A stretch of DNA of 64,000 nt from Saccharolobus islandicus REY15A (lineage in GTDB: Archaea; Thermoproteota; Thermoprotei_A; Sulfolobales; Sulfolobaceae): assembly GCF_000189555.1 (NCBI RefSeq), contig NC_017276.1; one strand, written 5' to 3'. The position numbers and the translations under genes were made by a program. Shown in pieces: positions 45,195 through 56,043 of the stretch; positions within the stretch are counted from its first letter, which is position 1; every line of letters begins with the position of its first letter. A model generated the notes under the pieces. It searched no databases. It saw only the letters and a program-made list of their open reading frames with translations, and was not told where the DNA came from.

Positions 45195-46072
45195 AATGTC
45201 CATTTTGTGGAACGGAGGACACAATAACATATGATATGGAAAAGGGAATGTACGTATGTACAAACTGCGGCAGTGTAATAGAAGATAATGCAGTAGATCC
45301 AGGTCCAGATTGGAGAGCCTATAACGCAAAAGACAGAAATGAGAAAGAGAGAGTAGGTAGCCCAAGTACTCCAAAAGTACATGACTGGGGATTTCATACT
45401 ATAATAGGATACGGTAGAGCTAAGGACAGACTAAAAACATTAAAGATGCAAAGAATGCAAAATAAGATACGTGTGTCACCTAAGGATAAAAAGCTAGTCA
45501 CCTTACTTTCTATTTTAAATGATGAGAGTTCGAAATTAGAGTTACCAGAACATGTCAAAGAAACTGCATCGTTAATAATAAGGAAAATGGTAGAAACTGG
45601 ACAAACCAAAAGGATAGATCAGTATACGCTAATAGTTGCTGCCTTATATTATTCTTGCCAAGTGAATAACGTACCAAGACACCTCCAAGAGTTTAAAGTT
45701 AGATATTCCATATCTTCTAGCGAATTTTGGAACGCTTTAAAGAGAGTTCAATCTGTTGCAAAATCAATACCGGACTTTCGTCCTAAAATCAGACCAACAG
45801 AATATATACCAAAAATAATATACAGATTAAATTTACCACCAATTATAGGAACAAAGGCATCCGAGGTAGTAGACTTAATGCATAAACAAGGGCTGACTAG
45901 CGGAAAAGGATACTTATCTTTAAGCGCAGCTTCGGTTTACTTAATATCGGCACTAATGGATATAAAAAAGACGCAGAAAGAGGTTGCAGACTCGTTAGAT
46001 ATTACTGAAGTAACTATTAGGAATAGATATAAGGATATAGTGGATAATTTTGATATTATTGTTACATTATGA
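45191..46072 (+). CDS. tfb2: Transcription factor B paralogue (TFB2 type)
   Basis: Zn ribbon CPFC/CTNC, B-reader GPDWRAY, two cyclin repeats, [10 protein letters not shown]; 293 aa. Confidence 0.85.
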   Translation: MKCPFCGTEDTITYDMEKGMYVCTNCGSVIEDNAVDPGPDWRAYNAKDRNEKERVGSPSTPKVHDWGFHTIIGYGRAKDRLKTLKMQRMQNKIRVSPKDKKLVTLLSILNDESSKLELPEHVKETASLIIRKMVETGQTKRIDQYTLIVAALYYSCQVNNVPRHLQEFKVRYSISSSEFWNALKRVQSVAKSIPDFRPKIRPTEYIPKIIYRLNLPPIIGTKASEVVDLMHKQGLTSGKGYLSLSAASVYLISALMDIKKTQKEVADSLDITEVTIRNRYKDIVDNFDIIVTL

Positions 46073-46253
46073 TTTTTATAGAATTATATAAAAGTATTGT
46101 GTGTAGTATTTGCTCATTTTAAATCTTATTTATTATTAAAACTATTGAAAAGTAGTCAATTGTCACTAAAGAGTGTTTAACGTACCCATAAAAACAGTAA
46201 AATAAATAAGCGTGGAATGCATATATATATTTTAGCCAACACGGGTGTAAAAG

Positions 46254-46631
46254 ATGGAATCAGATTCAACAAGTAATTATGAAGCAATAGTACATAAAAA
46301 GATAAAAGAAATGGGAGAAAAAGGAATTTCGCAACAAGAATTGGCTAAATCAGTTGGTTTGCCCATAAGAGAAATTAGTGGAATTATAAAAAGATTAGTT
46401 GAGAAGAAGCTAATTATTAAAAAAGCTGTGAAAGAAAATGGAAAAAACATAGTTAAATTATTTGCAGTTGACAGCAATTATAATATAAACATTTATATAA
46501 ATCTTAACGGTTTAGATGAGATTCCTTGCTTAAGTTGTAAAAGCTTAACCAAATGTGGGAATGGAATACATTTAAGCCCACAGACTTGTAGTAAATTATC
46601 GGGCTGGATCTTGGAAAAAGCTTTATCTTAA
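46254..46631 (+). CDS. TFE beta subunit (Rpc34-like wHTH plus Fe-S domain)
   Basis: N-terminal wHTH, C-terminal PCLSC..LTKC...SPQTC four-Cys cluster. Confidence 0.85.
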   Translation: MESDSTSNYEAIVHKKIKEMGEKGISQQELAKSVGLPIREISGIIKRLVEKKLIIKKAVKENGKNIVKLFAVDSNYNINIYINLNGLDEIPCLSCKSLTKCGNGIHLSPQTCSKLSGWILEKALS

Positions 46632-47759
46632 ACTCTTAACGCATCTAATTATTTCTTCATATCCCTTATCGGTTCTTATCCCAGTAGGAGCAAAATGAGT
46701 CTTAGAGGCATCTCCTAGACATTCTAAAATCGAATCAATTGGAGGAATAGCTGAGACTTTTAATTTAGATGCTAGCTTACTAATATTGTAAAATACACTT
46801 TTATATTTCGCCTCCTTTTCTATTACATTAAGTAGCTTCTGTATTCTGTTAAAAGAGGACAAGTAATTGAAATCACTGTATGTATCTATCATTCTTTTTA
46901 AAAATTCCATATTGTGAAGAGGACCAATGTATAGAGGACCGATAATGATAAAATTTTCACCACATATTGGACACTTAGTCTTGCAATTCTCGTCTACGAA
47001 CGTCTGAAATCCACAGCGGGGGCATTCCCCGAAATATTTAAGATTCTTATTAATGTTCTCATCTGCTTTTCTAGCACCACTTTCCACTATTACGAATAGT
47101 CTATAATAATAGTCTGCATAAAAAGAGAATAACGGATGCACGGTTTTTTCCAACGTCGCAGCTTCTCTAATTATCTTGCCGATAAGTATTCTTAATCCAA
47201 GCTCCTTTGACGAGGAAAGTTTATAGTTAATAGCATCATATTTTCGTCTACAAGAAGTTCGTGAAGATCCCTCAAGTGGAGATAGATCAGTTGCTGTAAA
47301 TGCTACTATTCCATTTCTTATTGTCGCGTTTATGGATGAAAGAATAAACGGTACTGGAGATCCAAAGGGATCTATATCAATGTACTCGCTTTTTATTTCG
47401 TAGAGCAACGCATTTGCATCTTTATTATAAATTTTAGCGTTTTCAATTCCATTATTTTTCACATTTATTTGGATTAGGGAAGCAGCTGTTGAATTTTTAT
47501 CATTCAGAATTAGTTGTTCACTTTTCCACGACTCTACATAATATCTAATTCCTCTTATACCCGTTGCGCTTAATGCGTCTAATATTATCTTAGGCTTTAA
47601 CAGGCTAACCACGATTACGCTAAGGTCTCTGTTGAAAGTCATTTTAGGATTATAGAACACTGGAGCCCATGATGGATCGAATTTCCCTTCTATCATATAT
47701 TCTTTAGGATCTGGTACGAATATTCTAACTTTGCCTTCCGTTACTTCCTTTAATTTCAT
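46623..47759 (-). CDS. trm1: tRNA (guanine-26-N2)-dimethyltransferase
   Basis: [34 protein letters not shown], CxxC...CxxC. Confidence 0.95.
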   Translation of the reverse strand: MKLKEVTEGKVRIFVPDPKEYMIEGKFDPSWAPVFYNPKMTFNRDLSVIVVSLLKPKIILDALSATGIRGIRYYVESWKSEQLILNDKNSTAASLIQINVKNNGIENAKIYNKDANALLYEIKSEYIDIDPFGSPVPFILSSINATIRNGIVAFTATDLSPLEGSSRTSCRRKYDAINYKLSSSKELGLRILIGKIIREAATLEKTVHPLFSFYADYYYRLFVIVESGARKADENINKNLKYFGECPRCGFQTFVDENCKTKCPICGENFIIIGPLYIGPLHNMEFLKRMIDTYSDFNYLSSFNRIQKLLNVIEKEAKYKSVFYNISKLASKLKVSAIPPIDSILECLGDASKTHFAPTGIRTDKGYEEIIRCVKSLR

Positions 47760-48657
47760 CTAATAAAGAATGTATGTCATTTTCTTCATAAGTTTTATAT
47801 CCTAGATCTTCACATTCCTTTAACATCTTTGAAGTCCTTATGATTATCAATAATTCAGATTTAGTGTAAGATGCAAGTTTCTTAGCTTCATAAAATTTCT
47901 TCATTGACTTATTGTAATCCTTGTTCTCTATTGTAACTAAATATCTATTATTTTCGTTGTCTTTAACTATCAAATCTGCTGCAGTTAATTTCAATGATAG
48001 GATGTTTAACCCATTTTCTTTCAATTTGTATATTAACTTTGATTTAAAACTCTCCGGAGAAAACTCTGTTATATCCTCTTCAATGACTTCTTTTTTACCT
48101 TTTATAGAGTCCCATATTACATCGCCTATTATATCATCCCCAAACAAATCTATCAGCTTCTCGGCAACTTCAAGCGATACGTCGGAATCCCCTTTCTCAT
48201 AATCATAAATGGCCTTTCTAGAAACACCAAGAAATTTAGCTACATCTCCTATACTATATCCCATTTCCTCTCTCTTATGTTTCAATATATAATTTCTGAT
48301 CTTTATGAATATACCTCCTCTAGTTCTATAAAGGAAAATTTTCTCACCATTGATTACTTTCTTAAACCCTTCTGGTGAGACTGCAAAAACATTATCAGCC
48401 TTAACTGAGACAATATCCTCCTCTTCTTCATTAGTGACTACTAATGACGCGGTTAACGTAGATACTGCAATCTTCTTCAAATCTGAAATTTCCTCTTTAG
48501 TCACCTTATCCTCAGATACTCTAATCAGAGTGGGTTCCTTAGAGTTGAGAACGATATCTACGGATTTTCTATTATGTTCTGGATATTCAATCATTGTATA
48601 AGTATACTTTTTATCCTCCAATATGTCTATAACTTCGTTGATAATTTTTTTGCTCAT
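47725..48657 (-). CDS. Cro/C1-type HTH transcriptional regulator, archaeal conserved family
   Basis: [32 protein letters not shown]; RTRGG motif. Confidence 0.85.
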   Translation of the reverse strand: MSKKIINEVIDILEDKKYTYTMIEYPEHNRKSVDIVLNSKEPTLIRVSEDKVTKEEISDLKKIAVSTLTASLVVTNEEEEDIVSVKADNVFAVSPEGFKKVINGEKIFLYRTRGGIFIKIRNYILKHKREEMGYSIGDVAKFLGVSRKAIYDYEKGDSDVSLEVAEKLIDLFGDDIIGDVIWDSIKGKKEVIEEDITEFSPESFKSKLIYKLKENGLNILSLKLTAADLIVKDNENNRYLVTIENKDYNKSMKKFYEAKKLASYTKSELLIIIRTSKMLKECEDLGYKTYEENDIHSLLDEIKGSNGRQS

Positions 48658-48660
48658 ATC

Positions 48661-49077
48661 TTACATCTCACTTAATTCTGTTTCTTCTGTATAACTTCTA
48701 GTAGAGCTAAGAATTATAAATATTAATGATGTATATTCCCTTAATAGCTTCTCGACATCCACATTTAATATTACATTAGATATTTCTCTTCCAAGTAAAA
48801 TTGAAATTGCCTTTCTGTTCCATTGCTCCCCACTAATGAAATATTCTCCAATGTCAGGTGATTTAATAAATATAAATGGGATTTTTACTAAAGACCATAA
48901 ATAAAGTGGAATTTTACCTGAAAGCCTTTCCACTTCGTCCTTTTTTATCTCATGATAAAAATTATTATTTAGTCTAATCTTTAATTTACCTTCCAATGCA
49001 TCTTTAATGGTAACGTATTCAGCAGGAGAAGAAGAGAATATGTCTTTAAGTCCAAACTCAAAAATTTTATCTATCAA
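48661..49077 (-). CDS. DUF61/UPF0216-family protein
   Basis: 138 aa, conserved position after fibrillarin; YLWSLVKIPF. Confidence 0.7.
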   Translation of the reverse strand: MIDKIFEFGLKDIFSSSPAEYVTIKDALEGKLKIRLNNNFYHEIKKDEVERLSGKIPLYLWSLVKIPFIFIKSPDIGEYFISGEQWNRKAISILLGREISNVILNVDVEKLLREYTSLIFIILSSTRSYTEETELSEM

Positions 49078-49081
49078 ACTC

Positions 49082-49789
49082 CTACCCTTTATATCTACTC
49101 AGAACTATTGCATGGTCCTTATCGTAGGGATCTAGGTTAATAATTTGTATTGTCTCAAAATTGGAATTTTCTAATTTCTCCACTTCAGCTTTATATATCT
49201 CCTTAGGGTCTTTAGTAACATCAATACTTCTCGCTTTAATCACTAAAAGCATATATCCATTTACTTTAAGGAAGAATCTGGCATTGTATATAGCTATATC
49301 TGTTTGATCTGGTTGGGCAATATCGACATAAAGTACGTCAACGTTCTCTACTACCGACTTATAACTTTGAGGGAATCTGGCATCAGCTAATAATGGAAAG
49401 ATATTAGGCCTCCTTTGAGCTACTAATAATAATTCTCTTACAACTCTTGGAGAAAATTCAACACCATAGGCCTTGCCATTTAACTCTATAATATCAGAGA
49501 CGTGACTTATTGTAGTTCCAGAAGCGGCTCCTAAATATAAGACCTTAGTGCCTTTTCTAATCGGATTAGTCTTAAGACCTTTAAGTATTGCTCCCGCTAA
49601 CTTACTTCTAAACGCATTCCATTCCCTATATTCTACACCCTCGTATTTAATTAGCCTTTCACCGTAAACATTAAAGCCTGATACTAGGTTTCTTGTACAT
49701 AGCCTAAAGCTACCATCGTTAAACTCGCATTCGTAAATGTTTTCCATGTTAGTTTGTTTTACGGTAATTACTTCAGACATTTTTATCAC
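49082..49789 (-). CDS. flpA: Fibrillarin-like rRNA/tRNA 2'-O-methyltransferase
   Basis: [41 protein letters not shown]. Confidence 0.97.
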   Translation of the reverse strand: MIKMSEVITVKQTNMENIYECEFNDGSFRLCTRNLVSGFNVYGERLIKYEGVEYREWNAFRSKLAGAILKGLKTNPIRKGTKVLYLGAASGTTISHVSDIIELNGKAYGVEFSPRVVRELLLVAQRRPNIFPLLADARFPQSYKSVVENVDVLYVDIAQPDQTDIAIYNARFFLKVNGYMLLVIKARSIDVTKDPKEIYKAEVEKLENSNFETIQIINLDPYDKDHAIVLSRYKG

Positions 49790-51027
49790 TTTCTTCCTTT
49801 ACCTCTTCTTTTTCCACCTTTTTTACCTTTTGCTTGCTGTTTTTGAGGCTGTTGTGGCTTTTGTTGTTGAGGCTTTTTAGGTGGTGGCTGAGCGAATTTC
49901 TCCTTAATCTCATCTATCCTCTTCTTTAGTTGTTCGTTTAGTTGATCACCTATGAATCTCCCACTAAAAGCATCAACTCTGGCAGCTATTGCTAATTTGG
50001 CTGCTAAAGCTCTAGCAATCTTACCCCTTTGCCATCTAGGTGATGTGTGAATAGCTGGATACTGAAATATTACACCATGTTTAGGTGGTCTTCCTCCACT
50101 TCTTAACGCCCTGAATAAAGCCTTTTCGGCTCCCAATACTTGGATCGTACTAGCTGGCATTTTGGCTAATTCCTCCAGACTCCCTGATATGCTCAATAAT
50201 CTAGCACCTAACGCTGGACCAACTAAGGCCGTTATATTTGGTGCAACTTCTTTCATTACGCCTTCTAGATAATTATTAAGGTTTCTCCTTATATTATACA
50301 GGTCTAAAATAGTGTTTGCGATCATCCTCATCGCAGATAAGTCATCTTCTGAGATATCCGCACCTATACTTTTCTTTGCTGCATCGACTATCCTATTTAT
50401 TCTTTGCTCATTGAAACCCAATTCCTTTAGAGCATCAGTAGTTAAGAGTCCCCTATCACCAAACCTAGACACTATGGTTGCGTATTCTTCGTGATCCTCA
50501 ATAAGCTTATCTAATTCTGGAAAATGAATACTATACCATTCTCTTAATCTTTCTGAGAAAAGATTTATGGTCTTATCTATATCATCCATTGCCCTTACTG
50601 CTTGAATAGCCAAAAGATCTCTCTTTTGCGCTGCAGTCCTTAACTTTCTCCTAGTGTACTCTAATGAAAGTTCATGAAGAAAATTATAATACTCCTCTTC
50701 ATCACCTGTAAATTTTATATCTGTAGCTACTTTAGGTAATGATTCCCTGAATATCCTCGAAATCTTACTATATGGTTCATACGTAACCCTATAACCTAGG
50801 GCTTGCAATTTAGGAACTTCAGCTTCGTTCTCGACTACTACCTCTTGTGGGTTAACTTTCTTTAACAACTCAACTGTCGCATTAAATGGTATGCCCTTTT
50901 CATTATTTAAAAGTTCCTCAGTTATTTTTCCCAAATCTCTTGGATTTGTAATATAGTCTACAATATTACCGTTTTCATCGTAAGCAATTGCTCCAATAAC
51001 ATGCTCGATTAGGTATATTTTCATCAT
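49786..51027 (-). CDS. nop5: C/D box RNP protein Nop5 (Nop56/58)
   Basis: [45 protein letters not shown]; K/Q-rich tail. Confidence 0.96.
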   Translation of the reverse strand: MMKIYLIEHVIGAIAYDENGNIVDYITNPRDLGKITEELLNNEKGIPFNATVELLKKVNPQEVVVENEAEVPKLQALGYRVTYEPYSKISRIFRESLPKVATDIKFTGDEEEYYNFLHELSLEYTRRKLRTAAQKRDLLAIQAVRAMDDIDKTINLFSERLREWYSIHFPELDKLIEDHEEYATIVSRFGDRGLLTTDALKELGFNEQRINRIVDAAKKSIGADISEDDLSAMRMIANTILDLYNIRRNLNNYLEGVMKEVAPNITALVGPALGARLLSISGSLEELAKMPASTIQVLGAEKALFRALRSGGRPPKHGVIFQYPAIHTSPRWQRGKIARALAAKLAIAARVDAFSGRFIGDQLNEQLKKRIDEIKEKFAQPPPKKPQQQKPQQPQKQQAKGKKGGKRRGKGRK

Positions 51028-51092
51028 CTCTCACTACAAACCTATCTGACAAATTTTTAAGTTTAAATGCTCAAGTTATAACAAGAGTAAAT

Positions 51093-51251
51093 ATGCCTTC
51101 ACACGGTTCGTTAACCAAAGCGGGAAAAGTTAGAAGTCAGACACCAAAAATACAGCCTAAAGAAAAACATAAAGAGGTACCAAGAGTAAGGAATAGAAAG
51201 GAATATGAAAAGAGAGTAGTAAAAGCTAGGCAACAAGCTCCTGCTAGATAA
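51093..51251 (+). CDS. rps30e: 30S ribosomal protein eS30, 52 aa (not in ORF track)
   Basis: [52 protein letters not shown]. Confidence 0.95.
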   Translation: MPSHGSLTKAGKVRSQTPKIQPKEKHKEVPRVRNRKEYEKRVVKARQQAPAR

Positions 51252-51284
51252 TAAACTATTTTTGCTATTACCTAATCTTTTTCT

Positions 51285-52622
51285 GTGCAAGAAAATTATA
51301 AAGCAAAGGCTTATGATATTTTGAAAAATCTAAATATAGAGGAAGGGGACCTAATAGAGATTAAGAAAGGGGACCTAAGAATAAGAGGCATATTGTTACC
51401 AAGTTACTCAAAAGATGAAAGAATATTCGTAATAAAATTAGATAACGGTTACAATATAGGAATATCTATCGATAATATATCTGAGATTAAACTAATCACA
51501 AAAAATTCAAGTAAAGCTCAAGAGAGTGAAAGAAAGAAAGTTAGCCGTAATGGTGCTAAAAGCGAAATAAAGATAATTAGCACAGGAGGTACAATAGTAA
51601 GTAAAGTTGAATACGAAACTGGTGCAGTCAGACCCGCGCTGACCACTGAAGAAATAGTACAATTTTTGCCAGAAATAAACGAAATAGCAAAAGTTGATGC
51701 TGAGGTACTTTTCTCTATATTAAGCGAAAACATGAAACCTGAATACTGGGTTAAGATAGCTGAATCAGTAAAGAAAGCGTTTGATGAAGGAAACACTGGA
51801 GTGGTTATTGCTCATGGTACTGATACTATGGCATACACAGCCTCTGCCTTAGCTTTTTCTCTAAGATCATTACAAGGACCAGTAGTGTTGGTAGGTTCGC
51901 AGAGAAGTAGTGATAGACCTAGTAGTGATTCAGCAATAAATCTCTTATCCGCAGTTACCACAGCTAAATATGCGCCTTTTGGAGAAGTAGTAGTAAACAT
52001 GCACGCTGACTCCTCCGACACTTACGCATTAGTACATAGAGGAGTGAAGGTTAGAAAAATGCACAGTAGTAGAAGAGATGCTTTTCAGTCAGTAAACGAT
52101 AAACCTTTAGCCAAAGTCCTTTGGAAAGAAAGGAAACTGGTTATGCTCGACAAGAGTTACATGAGCAAAAAAGGCGAAACTACACTTGACGCTAAATTTG
52201 ATAATAGAGCATTTTTACTATACTATTACCCTGGATTAGATAGAGACTTCTTAGAGCACATTTTAACTAATACTAAAATAAGAGGTCTCATAATAGCTGG
52301 TACTGGTTTAGGTCATACTTCATCAGATTATGTGGAATTATTCAGAAAAGCTACTAAAGATGGCATATTTATAGGAATGACAACACAGTGTTTATTTGGA
52401 AGAGTTAATATGAATGTGTATACTACTGGAAGACAGTTACTCGATGCTGGTGTCACCCCATTGGAAGATATGCTACCAGAAGTTGCATTAGTTAAACTCA
52501 TGTGGGTACTTGCGCACGAACAAGATCTAGAAAAAATACGAAGTTTAATGATATCGAATCTAGTGGGGGAAATAAATCCTCGTCACACTTTGGATCTCTT
52601 CCCAAGGTGGTCATATGAGTGA
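51285..52622 (+). CDS. gatD: Glu-tRNA(Gln) amidotransferase subunit D
   Basis: [43 protein letters not shown]. Confidence 0.96.
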   Translation: MQENYKAKAYDILKNLNIEEGDLIEIKKGDLRIRGILLPSYSKDERIFVIKLDNGYNIGISIDNISEIKLITKNSSKAQESERKKVSRNGAKSEIKIISTGGTIVSKVEYETGAVRPALTTEEIVQFLPEINEIAKVDAEVLFSILSENMKPEYWVKIAESVKKAFDEGNTGVVIAHGTDTMAYTASALAFSLRSLQGPVVLVGSQRSSDRPSSDSAINLLSAVTTAKYAPFGEVVVNMHADSSDTYALVHRGVKVRKMHSSRRDAFQSVNDKPLAKVLWKERKLVMLDKSYMSKKGETTLDAKFDNRAFLLYYYPGLDRDFLEHILTNTKIRGLIIAGTGLGHTSSDYVELFRKATKDGIFIGMTTQCLFGRVNMNVYTTGRQLLDAGVTPLEDMLPEVALVKLMWVLAHEQDLEKIRSLMISNLVGEINPRHTLDLFPRWSYE

Positions 52623-54516
52623 GTTAAATTATGAAGAGTTAGGATTAAAAGTAGGATTAGAAATTCACCAACAGCTTAACACTTCTCATAAATTATTCTG
52701 CAACTGTAGTACTAATTTGAAAGAAGATTATAAACTAACCTTAGAGAGATATTTAAGACCTGCATTAAGTGAATTAGGGGAAGTCGATGTCGCAGCATTG
52801 TTTGAGTGGAAAAAAGGTAAAAAATACGTATACAGAATACCTATTACTACAAGTTGTCTTGTAGAAGCTGATGAAGAACCTCCACATGCAATAAATGAGG
52901 AAGCGTTAAAAATAGCGTTAGCTATCGCTATAGCGCTAAATAGTAACATAGTAGATGAAATTTATGTCATGAGAAAAATTGTAATAGATGGTTCAAACAC
53001 CACTGGATTCCAAAGAACAGCAATAGTAGCACTTGGTGGCATGCTAAAAGATGAGGGAGTTACAATACAAACTATTGCAGTTGAGGAGGACGCTGCAAGG
53101 AAAATAGATGAAGGAACAGATCAAGTAACCTATTCGCTTGATAGATTAGGGATTCCCTTAATAGAAATTTCAACTGGACCAGATATAAGGAGCCCAGAAC
53201 AAGCTGAGAGAGTTGCACTAAAAATTGGCCAATTGCTTAGAATGACAGGTAAAGTTAAAAGGGGTATAGGCACAATAAGACAAGATCTAAATATCTCTAT
53301 AAAAGGAGGTACAAAGATAGAAATTAAAGGAGTACAAAAACTGGAATTAATACCCGATATAGTTAGATATGAAGCAATGAGACAATTTAACTTACTAAAG
53401 ATAAAAGAAGAATTGAATAAAAGAGGAGTGAGTAAAAATCTAATTTTGTCTAATTTTGTTGTAAAAGATCTCACAGAACTTTTTAAAAACACAAATAGTA
53501 AAATCATTAAAAGCGGAATAGAAAAGGGAGGATTAGTATACGGAATAAGAGCGTATAAGTTAAAGGGAATATTGGGTTGGGAACTGATACCAAAAAAGAG
53601 AAGATTTGGAACAGAAATTGCAGATTACGTTAGAGCACTTGCAGAATTAGGTGGACTCTTCCATTCTGATGAACTACCCAATTACGGCATAACTGAGGAG
53701 GAGATAAACAAAGTTAGAGAAGCCCTTAATGCGACGACCGAAGATGGTTTCATTCTAATCGTTGGCGAAAGAGAGAGGTTGGATAAAGCTGTAGAAGTAA
53801 TAAGGGACAGGATACTATTAGCGTTTGATGGTATTCCTAAGGAAACTAGAGGAGCGTTAGATGATGGAACAACGAAATTCTTAAGACCACAGCCAGGCTC
53901 AGCTAGAATGTATCCAGAAACTGATATTCCACCTAGAAGAATAGATGAAAAACTGCTTGAGGATGCTAAAAAATTTGTTCCGGAATCGCCAGAGTCTAAA
54001 ATGAAAAGGTATATCACACTGGGTTTAAGTGAGGAACTCGCTAAGGAGATAATTAGAGATCCCAGACTCGACTTATTTGAAGAATTAGTTAACAAATATT
54101 CACCAAAGGTCTCTCCAGTTGTAATAGCGAGTACGATTACTAACACATTGAAGTATGTTAAGTCAAAAGGTGGTGATATATCAAAGATAAATGAGGAAGA
54201 TATAGAGGAGCTAATAAAAAGCGTTTATGAGAACAAAATTAGCAAGGATTCGATTTCGGAAATACTTCTAGAATACACTACTAATAAAAATGTGGAACTA
54301 AAGGATGTCATACGTAAATACGAGGCATTACCAACTGAAGAATTAGAAAAGATAATAGATGATGTAATTAGTTCTAATCTAGACGAGATAAGGAAAAGAA
54401 AAGATAAAGCAGTAAACCTAATAATGTCAAAAGTAATGAGCAAAGTTAAAGGAAGAGCTGAGGGGAAAGTTATATTAGAATTAATAAAGTCAAGACTCAA
54501 AAATGTTATGGAGTGA
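52615..54516 (+). CDS. gatE: Glu-tRNA(Gln) amidotransferase subunit E
   Basis: [58 protein letters not shown]. Confidence 0.96.
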   Translation: MSELNYEELGLKVGLEIHQQLNTSHKLFCNCSTNLKEDYKLTLERYLRPALSELGEVDVAALFEWKKGKKYVYRIPITTSCLVEADEEPPHAINEEALKIALAIAIALNSNIVDEIYVMRKIVIDGSNTTGFQRTAIVALGGMLKDEGVTIQTIAVEEDAARKIDEGTDQVTYSLDRLGIPLIEISTGPDIRSPEQAERVALKIGQLLRMTGKVKRGIGTIRQDLNISIKGGTKIEIKGVQKLELIPDIVRYEAMRQFNLLKIKEELNKRGVSKNLILSNFVVKDLTELFKNTNSKIIKSGIEKGGLVYGIRAYKLKGILGWELIPKKRRFGTEIADYVRALAELGGLFHSDELPNYGITEEEINKVREALNATTEDGFILIVGERERLDKAVEVIRDRILLAFDGIPKETRGALDDGTTKFLRPQPGSARMYPETDIPPRRIDEKLLEDAKKFVPESPESKMKRYITLGLSEELAKEIIRDPRLDLFEELVNKYSPKVSPVVIASTITNTLKYVKSKGGDISKINEEDIEELIKSVYENKISKDSISEILLEYTTNKNVELKDVIRKYEALPTEELEKIIDDVISSNLDEIRKRKDKAVNLIMSKVMSKVKGRAEGKVILELIKSRLKNVME

Positions 54517-54535
54517 AGAATTACCCTCGGACAGA

Positions 54536-54595
54536 TTAATGATGAAGAGAAGGCATTTGTCGGATTTAAATGATGAGCTTGACCACTTATGAAGC
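54536..54595 (+). ncRNA. Box C/D sRNA (sR11-like), predicted guide for Gm18 of tRNA-Gln
   Basis: C ATGATGA 54539-54545, guide, D' CGGA 54561-54564, C' ATGATGA 54570-54576, guide GCTTGACCACTT, D ATGA 54589-54592; guide pairs 10 bp with AGUGGUCAAG of the tRNA-Gln gene in this window. Confidence 0.85.
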
Positions 54596-55629
54596 TAGAT
54601 GATATAACAAAGGTAGCCGCTGAGTATCCATTCAAAAATCTTAGTGAAAATATAGAGTTGCAAGATGACATGCTTAATATAGAACAACTCCCACAATTGC
54701 TGACTATTGGCGGAGTTAAGAGAGTGAAATGGAAATATAAGGCAAAAATTCTCGGTCCCGATCTATCTACAATATCAACTGAAGGAGGAGAAAATAACGA
54801 AGAATTAATAATGAGAACACCATTAAACAAGACTTCAATTCCTTGGACATTTACCAGATTAGATACTAATTCATTAAAAAAGCTGGTAGAATATTTGGCA
54901 CCTTGTAAAGAGGGGACTTCACTTTTTAACATCTCTCCTTGGCCAAGATATCACTTTACGCAAAACAGAACCATAGAATTAAAAGAGGGTGAGATTGGAA
55001 ATGGTAGAAATGTTGAGATAGAAAATATAAAACTAGAAGAAAATCATATAAATATAAACACGAAATTCTTAAATCCTCAATTCTTCTACATAAATCCTTA
55101 TTATATAGAAAGTGGTTATAATTCAATAGATAATACCTTCGCTACAAGCCTAGAACTGACAGAGACGTATTCTTTTGTAAGCAATTCACTCTTGGACTTA
55201 AAATTTGAACTAGGAAAAGTTAGTGTGGAAACCAATGGAAAAATTTTAGTTTCGAAGACAAAGAATTTTGCTGAAGCCAAACTCCATAGATTATTATGGG
55301 ATATGACAAACGAGGTAATAGAAATAGAATGTAGTCCGCAATTTCCTCTTTCCCTATATCGAATCGAACCTTCTGCTGTAATTCCATTACATATAAAATT
55401 TGATGAGAAATCCAATATTTTACAAATGGTATTAGAAAACTTCAGCGATAAGCCAGTTATAGCTACTCTGTATGTCTCAGCGAGAATAACTAAAATAATA
55501 AAGCCGAATAACACGATGACAACGGAGTATGATAGAGTTAAAATTCCTATCAGAAGATGGGGAATTGTCAATTTAGAACTAGAAATAAAAAAATTACCAG
55601 ACTTATTACTTAAAAGAAAAGCTATTTAG
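54589..55629 (+). CDS. Hypothetical protein; C-terminus resembles a GH38 alpha-mannosidase C-terminal beta-sandwich
   Basis: 346-aa ORF; weak pattern similarity only, no catalytic domain recognised. Confidence 0.65.
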   Translation: MKLDDITKVAAEYPFKNLSENIELQDDMLNIEQLPQLLTIGGVKRVKWKYKAKILGPDLSTISTEGGENNEELIMRTPLNKTSIPWTFTRLDTNSLKKLVEYLAPCKEGTSLFNISPWPRYHFTQNRTIELKEGEIGNGRNVEIENIKLEENHININTKFLNPQFFYINPYYIESGYNSIDNTFATSLELTETYSFVSNSLLDLKFELGKVSVETNGKILVSKTKNFAEAKLHRLLWDMTNEVIEIECSPQFPLSLYRIEPSAVIPLHIKFDEKSNILQMVLENFSDKPVIATLYVSARITKIIKPNNTMTTEYDRVKIPIRRWGIVNLELEIKKLPDLLLKRKAI

Positions 55630-55990
55630 GTTCAACTGTAGTCTCATATAGGCATGGGCTTAGAGTGTACCCATGCTTTGTAAGAACTTTTTTACCTTCA
55701 GAACATAAAATACAATAATATACAGAAAGATTAGAATTTGAGTTTAAAATTCTTTCCATAACTTCATTTACAAGATCCATAAATTTTTCATCTTTCTCTA
55801 GAAGAGATCTTAAATTACTACCCCTTCTACTTTTTAGATAATTTGAAACTGCTGCTGGTGTTAACCCCATTAAATTCGCTGCCTTGTACTCAGATAAATT
55901 TCTCTCCTTTATTAGTTTTTGAGCAACTATACTTCTAACTGCTGGTAAAATCTCCCTAACTGAAAATTCACATGGTAACTGTAATGACAT
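55622..55990 (-). CDS. HTH transcriptional regulator with Cys residues (COG2522-like)
   Basis: LPCE...LPAVR..VAQKL..ERNLSEYKAANLMGLTPAAVSNYLKSRRG; C-x2-C and a further Cys. Confidence 0.8.
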   Translation of the reverse strand: MSLQLPCEFSVREILPAVRSIVAQKLIKERNLSEYKAANLMGLTPAAVSNYLKSRRGSNLRSLLEKDEKFMDLVNEVMERILNSNSNLSVYYCILCSEGKKVLTKHGYTLSPCLYETTVEPK

Positions 55991-56043
55991 GGCTAATACA
56001 CTTCAGTCCAGTATAATATAAAAACCGATAAATAAAAATGTTT

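Noticed and set aside
49790-49890. Low-complexity repeats at the nop5 3' end
   Set aside because: Encode the ordinary K/Q-rich Nop5 tail, not a DNA repeat element
52728-54146. Antisense ORFs of 73, 125 and 154 aa inside gatE
   Set aside because: In-register shadows of a well-supported gene
54225-54932. 235-aa minus-strand ORF
   Set aside because: Antisense to gatE, the sRNA and the 346-aa ORF; Ser/Phe/Ile-rich composition typical of shadow frames; no motif
55116-55571. 151-aa minus-strand ORF
   Set aside because: Entirely antisense to the 346-aa ORF, with shadow-like composition
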